Positions 19,603-28,740 of a stretch of 64,000 bases of DNA are shown piece by piece. Within the stretch, counting starts at the first letter, position 1, and every line of letters begins with the position of its first letter. The stretch is taken from contig JACRKZ010000008.1 of assembly GCA_016235455.1 (NCBI GenBank), positions 51,584 to 115,583 of the forward strand. The letters are read 5' to 3'. Source of the stretch: Armatimonadota bacterium (lineage in GTDB: Bacteria > Armatimonadota > UBA10988). The position numbers and the translations under genes were made by a program. The notes below the pieces were generated by a model. The model had not been told where the DNA came from. It did no database searches and saw only the letters and a list, made by a program, of their open reading frames with translations.

Positions 19603-20109
19603 CTAAGCGTCGACCCGCCCCTTGTCGACGAACTCCAACTCGGCCGCCGCGGCCACGTCGGCGCAGAGGCGCACCAACTGCGCCTCGTGGATGCGGTCAT
19701 CGACCTTGGCGGCTGTACCGTCGGGCCTGAACAGCACGATCATGCAGCGCAGCCCCTTGGGTCGCAGGATGTACTGCGCGGTCTCCAGGCGCTCGAACTC
19801 GCGCAGGTTGAACCAGCGCCGCACCTTGCGGTGCTTGCCGTGCACGCGCACCACCTGCAGACGCCGCACCCGCGGCTGTACCACCAGGTACTCGCGCGGG
19901 TCGTTGCGCAGCAGCCAGACGCCCGCGCCCATGGCCGGCCCCGCGAAAAGGAACAGCCACGGATCGCCAAAGCCGATGGCCAGGAAGAAGCCGACGATGC
20001 CGGAAACCAGCAACACCCAGCCGTGAATGCGGTAGGTGCCCTCAAGCCGGTACTGCAGCTCGTAGGCGCCGGCCGGCGTGGCGTCCTTGCGTCCTGCCGC
20101 CCGCTTCAC
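19603..20109 (-). CDS. Hypothetical membrane protein (2 TM plus small soluble domain)
   Basis: GTG overlaps the upstream stop; two adjacent hydrophobic helices. Confidence 0.65.
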   Translation of the reverse strand: MKRAAGRKDATPAGAYELQYRLEGTYRIHGWVLLVSGIVGFFLAIGFGDPWLFLFAGPAMGAGVWLLRNDPREYLVVQPRVRRLQVVRVHGKHRKVRRWFNLREFERLETAQYILRPKGLRCMIVLFRPDGTAAKVDDRIHEAQLVRLCADVAAAAELEFVDKGRVDA

Positions 20110-20921
20110 CAGCGCTCTCCCACCACGGGCCGCGCCGCGTCGCGCATGACGTCCAGACTGTGCTCGCCGCAGGCGATGATGCCCTCATCGCAGACGCGGC
20201 CATCGAGCAGCGCCGCCAAGTTGGGGTTGAAGCCGGCCAGGTTGGTGATCCGCCCACCGGCCGCCAGCACCAGCGCCGCGCCAGCCACGATGTCCCATAG
20301 GTAGTCGCCCTGCCACATGCCGCCGCGGCACGCGCCGCTCGCCACCATGGCGAAGTGCATCTGCGCCGAGCCCAGGCAGCGCGGCCGAATGGCCGCCGGG
20401 AAGCGCAGCTTGGCCTGCATGAGATGCGGAGAGAAGGCGATCGGGTCGGTCCGCTGCCACGGCGTACGGTCGTCCCAGACCCGCAGCGGCTCGCCGTTGA
20501 GCCAGGCGCCCAGGCCGACCGCGCCCTTGAACATCTCGTTGGTCACCGGCTGATAGAGCACGCCCAGCACCGGTTCACCGGCCTCCATCAGCCCGATGGC
20601 GATGCACCAGATAGGCATGCGGTGCACGAAGTTGGTGGTGCCGTCGATGGGGTCGATGACCCACACGCGCTTGGCATCCAACATGCCGCGCCGACCCATC
20701 TCCTCACCCAGTTGGCTGTCGTGCGGGAAGGCGCGCTCCAGTTCGTCGCGTACCGCCTGCTCCACGGCCCGGTCGGCACACGTCACCCACGAACTGTCGC
20801 TCTTGCGCTCGGCCTGCATATCGGCCACGTCGCCGCGGTAATAGCGCAGCGCAATGGCCCCCGCGCGCCGCGCGATGTCGGTCACCTGGTCCAGAACCGC
20901 CTGAGCTTCCACTGGTGTCAT
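20106..20921 (-). CDS. Inositol monophosphatase family protein
   Basis: VTCAD, GEE, WVIDPIDGTTNF, WDIVAG. Confidence 0.92.
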   Translation of the reverse strand: MTPVEAQAVLDQVTDIARRAGAIALRYYRGDVADMQAERKSDSSWVTCADRAVEQAVRDELERAFPHDSQLGEEMGRRGMLDAKRVWVIDPIDGTTNFVHRMPIWCIAIGLMEAGEPVLGVLYQPVTNEMFKGAVGLGAWLNGEPLRVWDDRTPWQRTDPIAFSPHLMQAKLRFPAAIRPRCLGSAQMHFAMVASGACRGGMWQGDYLWDIVAGAALVLAAGGRITNLAGFNPNLAALLDGRVCDEGIIACGEHSLDVMRDAARPVVGERW

Positions 20922-20964
20922 GCGCCTTAGGATACACCCAATGAGCCCCGCCGGCAGCCCCAAC

Positions 20965-21022
20965 CAAAAACGGTGTCAGGACCCGTTTCCGCGAGCGGAA
21001 ACGGGTCCTGACACCGTTTTTG
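20965..21022. repeat. Perfect 28-bp inverted repeat (REP-like palindrome, possible terminator)
   Basis: caaaaacggtgtcaggacccgtttccgc-GA-gcggaaacgggtcctgacaccgtttttg. Confidence 0.9.
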
Positions 21023-21042
21023 TCCGATAGATGCCTGGCTGG

Positions 21043-23037
21043 CTAGCCGGGCGGCATGCCCATCGGCATGCCACCCATGGGCTGCTCGGGAGCCGGCTCG
21101 AACTCCTGGCCGGAGCGCGCGAAGCGCATCAGGTAGGAACCGTCGTCGTTGCGCACCACGATGTCCTTGCCCTCGGCCTTGGCGAACGCGGCCATCGACT
21201 TGGAGTCGGGGTCGCGGCCAATCAGCAGCGTCTGCTTGGAGCCGTTGTTGAGCGTCACCACGAGGGTGCACTCGGGCTCCTTCAGACCGTACTTGGCCAG
21301 GTCGGGGGCCTTGTCGGCCATCCACTCGTCGCCGCGCACGTCTTCGAGGTCGGTCAGCAGGCCGGAGACGCGGCCGAAGTCGGCCTTCTTCTCCTCGGCC
21401 GGCTTGGGCTTCTCCTTGGCGTCCTTGACCGGCTGCGGCTCGATTTTGTAGACCCAGTCGCTGGCGCCACGGCAGGTCAGCGTGACCGTGTCACGGTCCT
21501 TGGCCTTCATGACGATCGACTTGATCTCGGTGCGGTCGAGCCGGAGCACCTGCAGGTCGCGCAGCCGCTCGGCCTTGGTCTCCAGGCCACGGACCAGACT
21601 GCCGTTGGCCTTGAAGACCACTGGGTTGTCCGCGCGCTTGAAGAACGTGCCCGAGCCATCACTCGCCGCCTTGCCGATGCTCAGCAGCGGCAGCTTGGTG
21701 GTACCTTCCTCGATGGCGATGGTGCAGGTCGGCTTGTCCAGGCCGTACTGTTCCAGCGCGCCGGGCTCGTCCACGAAGCCAGTGGCCTGCAGGCCCTTGA
21801 GGTCCTGGAGCAGCTTCTCCACCTTCTTCGAGTCGGCGGTCAGCGCTTGCGGCTTCTTGAGTTGCCACACGCCCGGCTTGTCCTTGACCGGCGCGCCCTT
21901 CTCGAGTTCCACCGTGCTGGTGCCCACGGTGTAGGCGACCTTGGTCGCGTTGATCGTGTTCACCGCCAGGATGGTCTTGTCGCGCAAGTCCTGCGGGGTC
22001 TTGAGCAGGGCCGCATAGAGCGAGCCCGGTACCTGCACCACCTCGGTCTCGCCACGGCGCTGCACGTAGACCTTCTCTTCGGGCTGCGGCGGCGGCTGGT
22101 TGGGGTTCATCTGCGGCTGCTGCGCCGGCGCTTCCGTGATGGAGCCGCCGAGCGACAGACCGAACTCACCCTTGGCGCCGGTGCTCACGGTGATCGTGAC
22201 ACGCGGCTTGTCCAGCCCGTAGCTGGCCGGCGATTTGGGGGCCGGATCGACGAACTTGTCGATCTTGGTGCTGGCCAGCGAGGCCAGAAGGTTGTCCACG
22301 GCATTGGCGTCCGCGGGGTACTTCTTGGCGCCGGCGGCCAGCTCCCAGTTGCCCTTCTCGTTCTTGGCCAGCTTCATGCTGCCGGCGGGATAGGCCAACT
22401 CGATGCTCTTGGCATCGTTGGCGGCCAGGGCCAGCAGCGTCTTGTCGCGCAGGTCGCCCACCTGCTTCTTGATCAGGTTCTCGTCGACATAGGCCTGGGC
22501 GAACAGCAGCACCAGCGCCTTGCCTTGCACCTGAGCGAAGCAGTTGTCCTTGTTCAGCGTGGACTCGCCGAACTGCACGGTGCCGGTCTTGCCCTTGGCG
22601 TCCTTGAGCAGCAGCGTCACGCGCGGCTTGCCCAGGCCGGTGTCGGCGTCCGACAGCTCCTTGGCCTGCTCCTTGGTATAGGAGCTCACGGCCTTGGCGC
22701 TCAGCAGCGTCTTGATGAACGCGCTGGTCGCCACGCGGTCAGCATCGCCCTTGAGCGGGCTGATGATCTTCCAATCATCCTCGCCGGACGCATCCTTGGC
22801 GTCCTTCTTCGCGTCCTTGGCGTCGGCCTTCTTGGCCACGCGTTGCAGCGTCAGCGTGTCGCTCTCGCGCGTGATGGTGATCTCCTGGACATCGGCCTCC
22901 TTCTTGAAGCCGGCCAGCTGCACCACGCTGCGGTCCGCGGTCTTGTCGGGCTTCTCCGCGCCCGCCTCGAACTTGTACACGTACAAGCCGAGCAGGGCAC
23001 AGATGACCACTAGACCCAGGGTATTGCGTCCCTTCAC
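21043..23037 (-). CDS. DUF4340-repeat membrane-anchored protein
   Basis: GGAGG RBS plus GTG; N-terminal TM; four internal repeats W...AD...(Y/T)GLxxP...G...LRD. Confidence 0.85.
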   Translation of the reverse strand: MKGRNTLGLVVICALLGLYVYKFEAGAEKPDKTADRSVVQLAGFKKEADVQEITITRESDTLTLQRVAKKADAKDAKKDAKDASGEDDWKIISPLKGDADRVATSAFIKTLLSAKAVSSYTKEQAKELSDADTGLGKPRVTLLLKDAKGKTGTVQFGESTLNKDNCFAQVQGKALVLLFAQAYVDENLIKKQVGDLRDKTLLALAANDAKSIELAYPAGSMKLAKNEKGNWELAAGAKKYPADANAVDNLLASLASTKIDKFVDPAPKSPASYGLDKPRVTITVSTGAKGEFGLSLGGSITEAPAQQPQMNPNQPPPQPEEKVYVQRRGETEVVQVPGSLYAALLKTPQDLRDKTILAVNTINATKVAYTVGTSTVELEKGAPVKDKPGVWQLKKPQALTADSKKVEKLLQDLKGLQATGFVDEPGALEQYGLDKPTCTIAIEEGTTKLPLLSIGKAASDGSGTFFKRADNPVVFKANGSLVRGLETKAERLRDLQVLRLDRTEIKSIVMKAKDRDTVTLTCRGASDWVYKIEPQPVKDAKEKPKPAEEKKADFGRVSGLLTDLEDVRGDEWMADKAPDLAKYGLKEPECTLVVTLNNGSKQTLLIGRDPDSKSMAAFAKAEGKDIVVRNDDGSYLMRFARSGQEFEPAPEQPMGGMPMGMPPG

Positions 23038-23042
23038 GACGA

Positions 23043-24719
23043 CTACCTCCGCGACCGCGCCACGGACATCGCGATGCCCGCGCCAATGCACAGGAGCAAG
23101 GGCAGCAGGAAGGTGAAGAGCATGACCTTGTTGAGCTTGGCCTTGGTCATCTCGATCTTGCGGTCCTTCTCGTCGTCCCACGGGTTCTTGGGGCGGATGC
23201 CCATGTCCTTGGTGTTGTCCGACAGCCAGTTCACCGCGTCCGTGGCGATGAGTGAGTTGGCCACCTGGCCACCGGCGATCGGCAGCGTCAGGAACCACGG
23301 CGTGCCCACCGCGACGATGCGCGTGCCCAGTTCAGTCTTGGTGTCGGGCGCCTTCTTGTCGTCCTTGGGATCAACCACCGGCGCGCGCTTGCCCACCGCG
23401 GCGACCAAGTCGAACGGACCCTTGGGCCCGCCGGTCACCGCGCTGGTCGGCGAACTGGTGACCAGGCTCGAGTACTCCATCTCGGTGGGTACGGTGCCCT
23501 GCTTGAACGAGCCAGTGCGGTTGAACACCGCGACCAGCCGGCTCTTCTTCAGGTCGTTGACGATGGGGTGCGAGCCCAGGTTGGTGGCGTAGAAGAAGCT
23601 CGGCTCCTGCACGCTCAGCGCCTGGTCCTCGACCATGCCCGTCTGCCACTCGATGCCGTACTCTTTGAGCAGGTCGGCCAGGTTGCTCTTGCTCGACGGG
23701 TCGAGCACGGCGAACAGGCGGCCGTTGTTCTGCAGGTACTTGCGCATCGTATCGAGTTCGGCCTTGGCAAACGGCGCCTTGGCGCCGACCGTGGCCAGCA
23801 CGGTGCAGTCGGCCGGGATCTCCTTGGCCATGGGCAGCTCGACCACTTCGAAGCGGTCATCGGTCAGGGCCTGCTTGAGCTGGGCCAGGTTCTGGCTGTC
23901 GCTGGCCAGCGGGTCCTGCTGCTGCTGTTGGCCGGCGGGACCGGCCATGGCCACCTCGCCGTGACCGGTGAGGAAGTAGACCTTGCGCTTCTTGCCCTTG
24001 TCGTCCAGCAGCTTGCTCAGCGACCGGGTGATCTGGCTCTCGTCCAGGCTCGGCACCGACTCGACCGCCTTGGGGTCCTTCTTGAAGCGCAGCAGACAGC
24101 CGGCCGAGGGCAGCGCTGTCAAGCCCGATTCCTTGGCGACCTCGGTGGCCCGCTTGGACACATACGGGTCCAACGTGGTCACGGTCAGGTTCGGGTTGAG
24201 CCGCTTGTACTCCTCGAGCCGCTTCTTGTTCAGCTCCAGGCTGCGCGCCGTGTCGGGGCTGATCTGGCTGTAGCGGTCCATCGGCACCAAGGCGAACAGC
24301 TCGACGGGGTTGTCGGACTTGATCGTCTTGACGATGTTCTTGGTCTGCGTGGACAGCGAGTAGTATTTGCCGGCGGTCAGGTCGAGCTTCTTGTCGCCAA
24401 ACTGGCGCGGCACGATCCAGTAGTTGACCATCAGCAGGATGCCGAACACGGCCAGCAGCGTGCCGAAGGCATTGACGTTCATCGCCATGCCGCGGCTACC
24501 GCCGACGCGCAGCAGTTCATCCTTGTTGCAGATCGCCCAGGTGAGCGCGCCAACGATGGCGACCGCCAGCAGGCCGATGTCGCGGCCCTTGTTGAACGGC
24601 AGGTTCTGCATCTTGATATAGGCCAGCGCCACCAGGGCGATCACCGCCACAGCGCCCGCCACGATGCCCAGAATGAGCGCGGGGCTCTTGGGGCTCTTGG
24701 GGTTCATCTCTTGCGCCAT
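23043..24719 (-). CDS. GldG-like ABC-transporter auxiliary component
   Basis: 3 N-terminal TMs, DLTAGKYYSLSTQT, VYFLTGHGE, IPADCTVL, NWLS, C-terminal TM. Confidence 0.88.
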   Translation of the reverse strand: MAQEMNPKSPKSPALILGIVAGAVAVIALVALAYIKMQNLPFNKGRDIGLLAVAIVGALTWAICNKDELLRVGGSRGMAMNVNAFGTLLAVFGILLMVNYWIVPRQFGDKKLDLTAGKYYSLSTQTKNIVKTIKSDNPVELFALVPMDRYSQISPDTARSLELNKKRLEEYKRLNPNLTVTTLDPYVSKRATEVAKESGLTALPSAGCLLRFKKDPKAVESVPSLDESQITRSLSKLLDDKGKKRKVYFLTGHGEVAMAGPAGQQQQQDPLASDSQNLAQLKQALTDDRFEVVELPMAKEIPADCTVLATVGAKAPFAKAELDTMRKYLQNNGRLFAVLDPSSKSNLADLLKEYGIEWQTGMVEDQALSVQEPSFFYATNLGSHPIVNDLKKSRLVAVFNRTGSFKQGTVPTEMEYSSLVTSSPTSAVTGGPKGPFDLVAAVGKRAPVVDPKDDKKAPDTKTELGTRIVAVGTPWFLTLPIAGGQVANSLIATDAVNWLSDNTKDMGIRPKNPWDDEKDRKIEMTKAKLNKVMLFTFLLPLLLCIGAGIAMSVARSRR

Positions 24720-24731
24720 TGCGTCGTCTCC

Positions 24732-25457
24732 TTAGCGCCAGCGGCTCGAAGCCACCATCAACTTGCTGGCAAACAGCAGGAAGTAGATGGCCGAGCAGTA
24801 CCAGACGACTTCCTGCAGCGAGATGACCCCGCGCCAGAAGTCTTCGTGGTGTCCCAGCATGGAGAACCAGGCCAGGAACTGCAGCGACTTCGAGGGGTTG
24901 TCCTTGAAGAAGCTGATCAGCCACAGCGCCAGGCTGGAAACGATGGTCGTCACCGCGGCGACGATCTGCGAGTTGGTCAGCGAGCTGAAGAACAGGCCTA
25001 GGGCCAGCACATAGCCGCTGAAGAACAGGAAGCCGACGTAGCCGCCGATGATCTTGCCCACGTCGGGCTTGCCCAGCACGCGGAAGGCCACGGCATAGAT
25101 GCCGGAGACCAGCACCAGGCTGCACATATAGAGCATCGAGGCCAGGTACTTGCCCAGCACCAGTTGCCATTCGGTGATCGGTGAGGTGAGCAACAGCTCG
25201 ATGGTGCCGACGCCTTGGTCGCCACCTCGCTCTCCGGCCAGGAGGCGCATGGTCAGCAGCGGCAGCACCATGATCAGCAGAATGGTGCAGTTGCGGAACA
25301 ACGGCTCCATGTCGGCCGAGGCGCTGGGGCTACCCAGGATCAGGTAGAAGATGAGCCCGGCGAAGAGGATCCAGCAGCTCATCACGACATAGCCCACAGG
25401 CCCGGTGAAGTAGGCCTTCACCTCGCGCTGGGCGATGGTCCAGATGTTGCGCATCAC
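24732..25457 (-). CDS. GldF-like ABC-2 permease
   Basis: IAQREVKAYF, PLLTMRLLAGE, GTIELLLTSP, VLGKYLA, SSLTNSQIVAA. Confidence 0.9.
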   Translation of the reverse strand: MMRNIWTIAQREVKAYFTGPVGYVVMSCWILFAGLIFYLILGSPSASADMEPLFRNCTILLIMVLPLLTMRLLAGERGGDQGVGTIELLLTSPITEWQLVLGKYLASMLYMCSLVLVSGIYAVAFRVLGKPDVGKIIGGYVGFLFFSGYVLALGLFFSSLTNSQIVAAVTTIVSSLALWLISFFKDNPSKSLQFLAWFSMLGHHEDFWRGVISLQEVVWYCSAIYFLLFASKLMVASSRWR

Positions 25458-26425
25458 GCCACCTCCTCGGCCGGCGTTTCGACCGCCAAGCCGGCTTCGT
25501 CGGTGGTCAACTCGACGAAAATGTCTTCCAGCGTGCGCCGCGGGACTTCCAGCCCGCGCAGGCCGAAGCCGCCCTGCACCACGGCGCGCGCCAGTTCCTC
25601 GCGCAGGTCGCCCGAGGCACTGACCTGCAGGTTGTATCCGTCGGTGTCCGAGCCATCGACCACGGTCACGCCGGACACGCCCTGGACCGCCCGCAGCGCG
25701 CCGAGCAGCGCGTCCTTGGCGCCGCGCGCCTGCAGGCTGAGCGACAGCGCGCCGCTGGCCGCGCGGTTGCGCAGGCCCACGGGCGTGTCGTCGGCGACGA
25801 TGCGGCCGCGGTTGATCATCAGCACGCGGTCACACACCAGCTCCACTTCGGGCAGGATGTGCGTGCTGAGGATGATGGTATGCTCGCCGGCCAGGTTCTT
25901 GATGGTCTCGCGCACGTCGCGGATCTGCACCGGGTCGAGGCTGGCCGTCGGCTCGTCGAGGATGAGCACGTCGGGGTTGTGCACCAGCGCCTGGGCCAAG
26001 CCGCAGCGCTGGCGATAGCCGCGCGACAGATGGCCGATGAGATCGCGCCGCCGATGCAGCAGACCGCACGAGTCCATGACCTTGTCGAGGCGCTCGGACA
26101 GTTCGCTCCAGGTGACGCCGTTGAGCCGTGCCATGTAGGTCAGGTACGACTCGACGCTCATGTCCAGGTACAGCGGCACGTTCTCGGGCAGATAGCCGAT
26201 GCGTCGCCGCACCTCAATGCTCTGCTCGAAGATGTCGTAGCCGGCAATCTTCACCTTACCGCTGGTGGCGGGCAGGAAGCAGGTCAACACGCGCATGGTC
26301 GTGGTCTTGCCGGCGCCGTTTGGCCCCAGAAAGCCCAGAATCTCGCCCTTTTTCACCTCGAACGAGATGTGGTCCACCGCGGTCCGGCTACCGTAGGCCT
26401 TCACCAGGTCTTGGACTTCAATCAT
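25454..26425 (-). CDS. GldA-like ABC ATP-binding protein
   Basis: GPNGAGKTT, LSRGYRQR signature, LILDEPT, LSTHILPEV. Confidence 0.93.
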   Translation of the reverse strand: MIEVQDLVKAYGSRTAVDHISFEVKKGEILGFLGPNGAGKTTTMRVLTCFLPATSGKVKIAGYDIFEQSIEVRRRIGYLPENVPLYLDMSVESYLTYMARLNGVTWSELSERLDKVMDSCGLLHRRRDLIGHLSRGYRQRCGLAQALVHNPDVLILDEPTASLDPVQIRDVRETIKNLAGEHTIILSTHILPEVELVCDRVLMINRGRIVADDTPVGLRNRAASGALSLSLQARGAKDALLGALRAVQGVSGVTVVDGSDTDGYNLQVSASGDLREELARAVVQGGFGLRGLEVPRRTLEDIFVELTTDEAGLAVETPAEEVA

Positions 26426-26460
26426 CCACCGCTCTCCAAAATGGCTGCGATAGCGCCTCA

Positions 26461-26599
26461 CCCGCCCACCTGTCAGGTCCGCTAGGGCCGACGCCAGTGT
26501 TCCCGTACCCCCAGCCTGGGCCGGTGTTACAGCGGGTTCCCGCACCCAGCCCCAAATAGCCAGACCAGCCCGCGCGCGGGCTCACCTGGTGGGCTTGGG
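26461..26599 (-). ncRNA. Candidate structured RNA (rod with central bubble; 6S-like or cis-leader)
   Basis: 5' and 3' ends pair in nested helices (GCCCACC/GGUGGGC, AGGU/ACCU, CCGC/GCGG, GGGCUGG/UCGGCCC, GGGCUG/CGGCCC); begins just downstream of a consensus promoter. Confidence 0.45.
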
Positions 26600-26603
26600 C
26601 AAC

Positions 26604-26632
26604 AAGTTACTGATCGACTACGCTCGTGTCAA
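26604..26632 (-). promoter_or_regulatory. Sigma70-type promoter TTGACA-N17-TAACTT
   Basis: Perfect -35, 17-bp spacer and TAnnnT -10 on the minus strand. Confidence 0.75.
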
Positions 26633-26685
26633 TGCAACGTGGCACCCGTGACGCAGCCGTTACACCCCCATGGGCTGGCAGGGAG

Positions 26686-26705
26686 CACGGCCGCCCGCGG
26701 CCGTG
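26686..26705 (-). terminator. GC hairpin after the stressosome operon
   Basis: cacggccgc-cc-gcggccgtg about 20 nt after the ACT gene stop; no U-tract. Confidence 0.35.
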
Positions 26706-26724
26706 TGTTGGTCGCGGCGCGGCG

Positions 26725-27273
26725 CTACCCGTCGGCGGGCGTGGTCACCGCTGGCAGGGCGCTGGTCTCCATGCCTTCGCTCTCGGCCCAGTCGACGAGC
26801 TCCGCGAAGGCGGACTCGGCTGTAGCGCGAGGCAGATCGACCACCACACGCAGCCTGAACAGCGGGGATCCGCTCACCGGCGCGGGATAGACACTGGAGT
26901 CGAGGCGGACAATGTTGCCGCCGGCGCCGCGCAGATGGTCGGCCACCAGGTGCACCAGGCCCTCGCGGTCGGACGAGTGCAGCTCGAACGACAAGCGCGT
27001 GCAGTCAGCGCTGACCGTGGTCGGCGTGGTGGCGTGGATCTGGACGTGCAGCCCCGATGCCGTCTCCAGACCGGCCAAGTCGGCGGCGATGGCGGCGGTT
27101 GCCGCATCGCTGCCCGAGAGCAGCATCATGATGCCGAACATGCCGCCGAGCACCGACATGCGGCTGTCTTCAACATTGCCGCGCCGCTCAGCCACATAGG
27201 CCGACAGATCGGCCACGAGACCCGGCCGGTCGACGCCCGCCGCGGTCAACACCACGTACCTGCGCTCTTCCAT
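26725..27273 (-). CDS. Tandem ACT-domain protein (GcvR-like)
   Basis: GVDRPGLVA...GNVEDSRMSVLGG and SSDREGLVH...GNI ACT repeats. Confidence 0.88.
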   Translation of the reverse strand: MEERRYVVLTAAGVDRPGLVADLSAYVAERRGNVEDSRMSVLGGMFGIMMLLSGSDAATAAIAADLAGLETASGLHVQIHATTPTTVSADCTRLSFELHSSDREGLVHLVADHLRGAGGNIVRLDSSVYPAPVSGSPLFRLRVVVDLPRATAESAFAELVDWAESEGMETSALPAVTTPADG

Positions 27274-27276
27274 GGA

Positions 27277-28116
27277 CTACTCCCCTGCTCCAGGTGCCGC
27301 CGCCCGGGGCACCACATCCAGTCCCAGACGCAGGAAGGCCTGCGTCAACCCCTGGCGCATGTCGGCGCACGGGCTGATCAGCGACAGATCCACGCCCAGC
27401 GAGACGACCGTCTGCGCCAACTCCGGCCCGATACCCACCACCAGGCACTGTGTACCCAACAGTTCCACGGCCTTGATCGTGCGGATCAGATGATCCGCGA
27501 CGTTGGTATCGACCACCGGCACGCCGGTGATGTCGATGAGCACGATGTCGGCCTGCTCGCGCGACACTTCACGCAGCAGTTCCTCCATGACCTGCTTGGC
27601 GCGGTAGCTGTCGAGCGTGCCGATGAGCGGCAGCGCCAGGATGCCGTCCCACACCTTGATCACCGGCGTCGACAGCTCCAGCACGGCCAACCGCTGCTTC
27701 TCGAACAGCGTCATCTGCATGGACACGAAGGTCTCGCAGAAGCGCAGCGCCACTACCTCGAGCGCACGCTGCGCGTCGAGCATGAGCGCGATCTTGTCGT
27801 CGGCGCTGCCGGCCCCGGCCTGGATGATGGGCAGCATCACGTCGTCGTAGAGGAACATGGCCTCGAGCACTTCGCCCAGTTGGAAGCCCATGGGCAGCCG
27901 CTGCCGGCACAACTGCTCGATGAACGCCATGACCTCCGGATCGCGCGGCGCGGCCAGGGCCTTGGGGAAGAGGTAGATGAGCCGGCGCGTGTTCTCGACG
28001 AAGCCTTGCGGCTCGGCGCGATGGTAGCGGTCCACCTCATCGCGGACCAGCGCCAGATAGCCTTCGAGGATCGCCTCGAAGTTGTCGCGAATGAACCCTT
28101 CGAACGTGGTCGCCAC
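27277..28116 (-). CDS. rsbR: Stressosome RsbR (globin-like N-domain plus STAS)
   Basis: ELSTPVIKVWDGILALPLIGTLDSYRA, IDITGVPVVDTNVA, GIGPELAQTVVSLGVDL. Confidence 0.92.
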   Translation of the reverse strand: MATTFEGFIRDNFEAILEGYLALVRDEVDRYHRAEPQGFVENTRRLIYLFPKALAAPRDPEVMAFIEQLCRQRLPMGFQLGEVLEAMFLYDDVMLPIIQAGAGSADDKIALMLDAQRALEVVALRFCETFVSMQMTLFEKQRLAVLELSTPVIKVWDGILALPLIGTLDSYRAKQVMEELLREVSREQADIVLIDITGVPVVDTNVADHLIRTIKAVELLGTQCLVVGIGPELAQTVVSLGVDLSLISPCADMRQGLTQAFLRLGLDVVPRAAAPGAGE

Positions 28117-28131
28117 CGCTCTTCTCCTGGT

Positions 28132-28740
28132 TCAGGGCAACTGCATGACGACCACGGTGAGATCGTCATTCTCACGCGCGTGGTCGTTGCACAGCGATTC
28201 CGCGAGCGCCTGCGGCCCGCCGCCGAGCAGGCCCGACTGCGCGGCGCGTAGCAACTCCAGCTCAAGATCGAACCGCGAGCGCAGCCCGTCGGTGTGGAGC
28301 ACAATCCACTCGCCCGGCACATAGTCCGCCTCGTAAACACGCGGCGGCCGGAAATTGTTGGCGCCCACGATGCCGCGCATCGAGAGCGGGTGGAACGGCC
28401 AGTCGCGGCGGGTGCGGGCCTCCACATTGCCCACCCCGGCATAGCTGACGCGCCTGGTCTCGGTATCCACGCGCAGCAGCGCCGCGGCCGCGCCACGGGT
28501 GCTCAGCAGCGCCGTGTGGCAGGCTTCCAGGATGTCTGGCAGCGGCCGGTCGGCGCATCGCCGCACCGTGTCGATCTGCGCCTGTGCGGCGAGGTGCGCG
28601 TGCTCGCCGCTGCCCAGCCCGTCACACACGCACAGCAGCAGACCGGACTCGTCCTCAACCAGGCACCAGGCATCGCCAGAGACCAGGTTACCCGGCTTGG
28701 CTCGCTGCACGACGCCAACCGCGGCGGTCAACGCAGCCAC
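28132..28740 (-). CDS. rsbX: RsbX-like PP2C/SpoIIE phosphatase
   Basis: SGDAW, DGLGSG, RGAA, GVGNV, HTDGL, DDLT; start GTG 28740 or TTG 28731 overlapping the rsbT end. Confidence 0.85.
   Translation of the reverse strand: MAALTAAVGVVQRAKPGNLVSGDAWCLVEDESGLLLCVCDGLGSGEHAHLAAQAQIDTVRRCADRPLPDILEACHTALLSTRGAAAALLRVDTETRRVSYAGVGNVEARTRRDWPFHPLSMRGIVGANNFRPPRVYEADYVPGEWIVLHTDGLRSRFDLELELLRAAQSGLLGGGPQALAESLCNDHARENDDLTVVVMQLP

Noticed and set aside
26468-26495. SRP-RNA-like TGTCAGGTCC on the plus strand
   Set aside because: Lacks the following GGAA tetraloop and AGCAG motif; the promoter is on the other strand
26461-26560. Cobalamin-riboswitch-like fragments (CUGUAA, GGGAA, CACUG, GACCUG)
   Set aside because: Elements are out of canonical order and no B12-related gene follows; left to a covariance-model search
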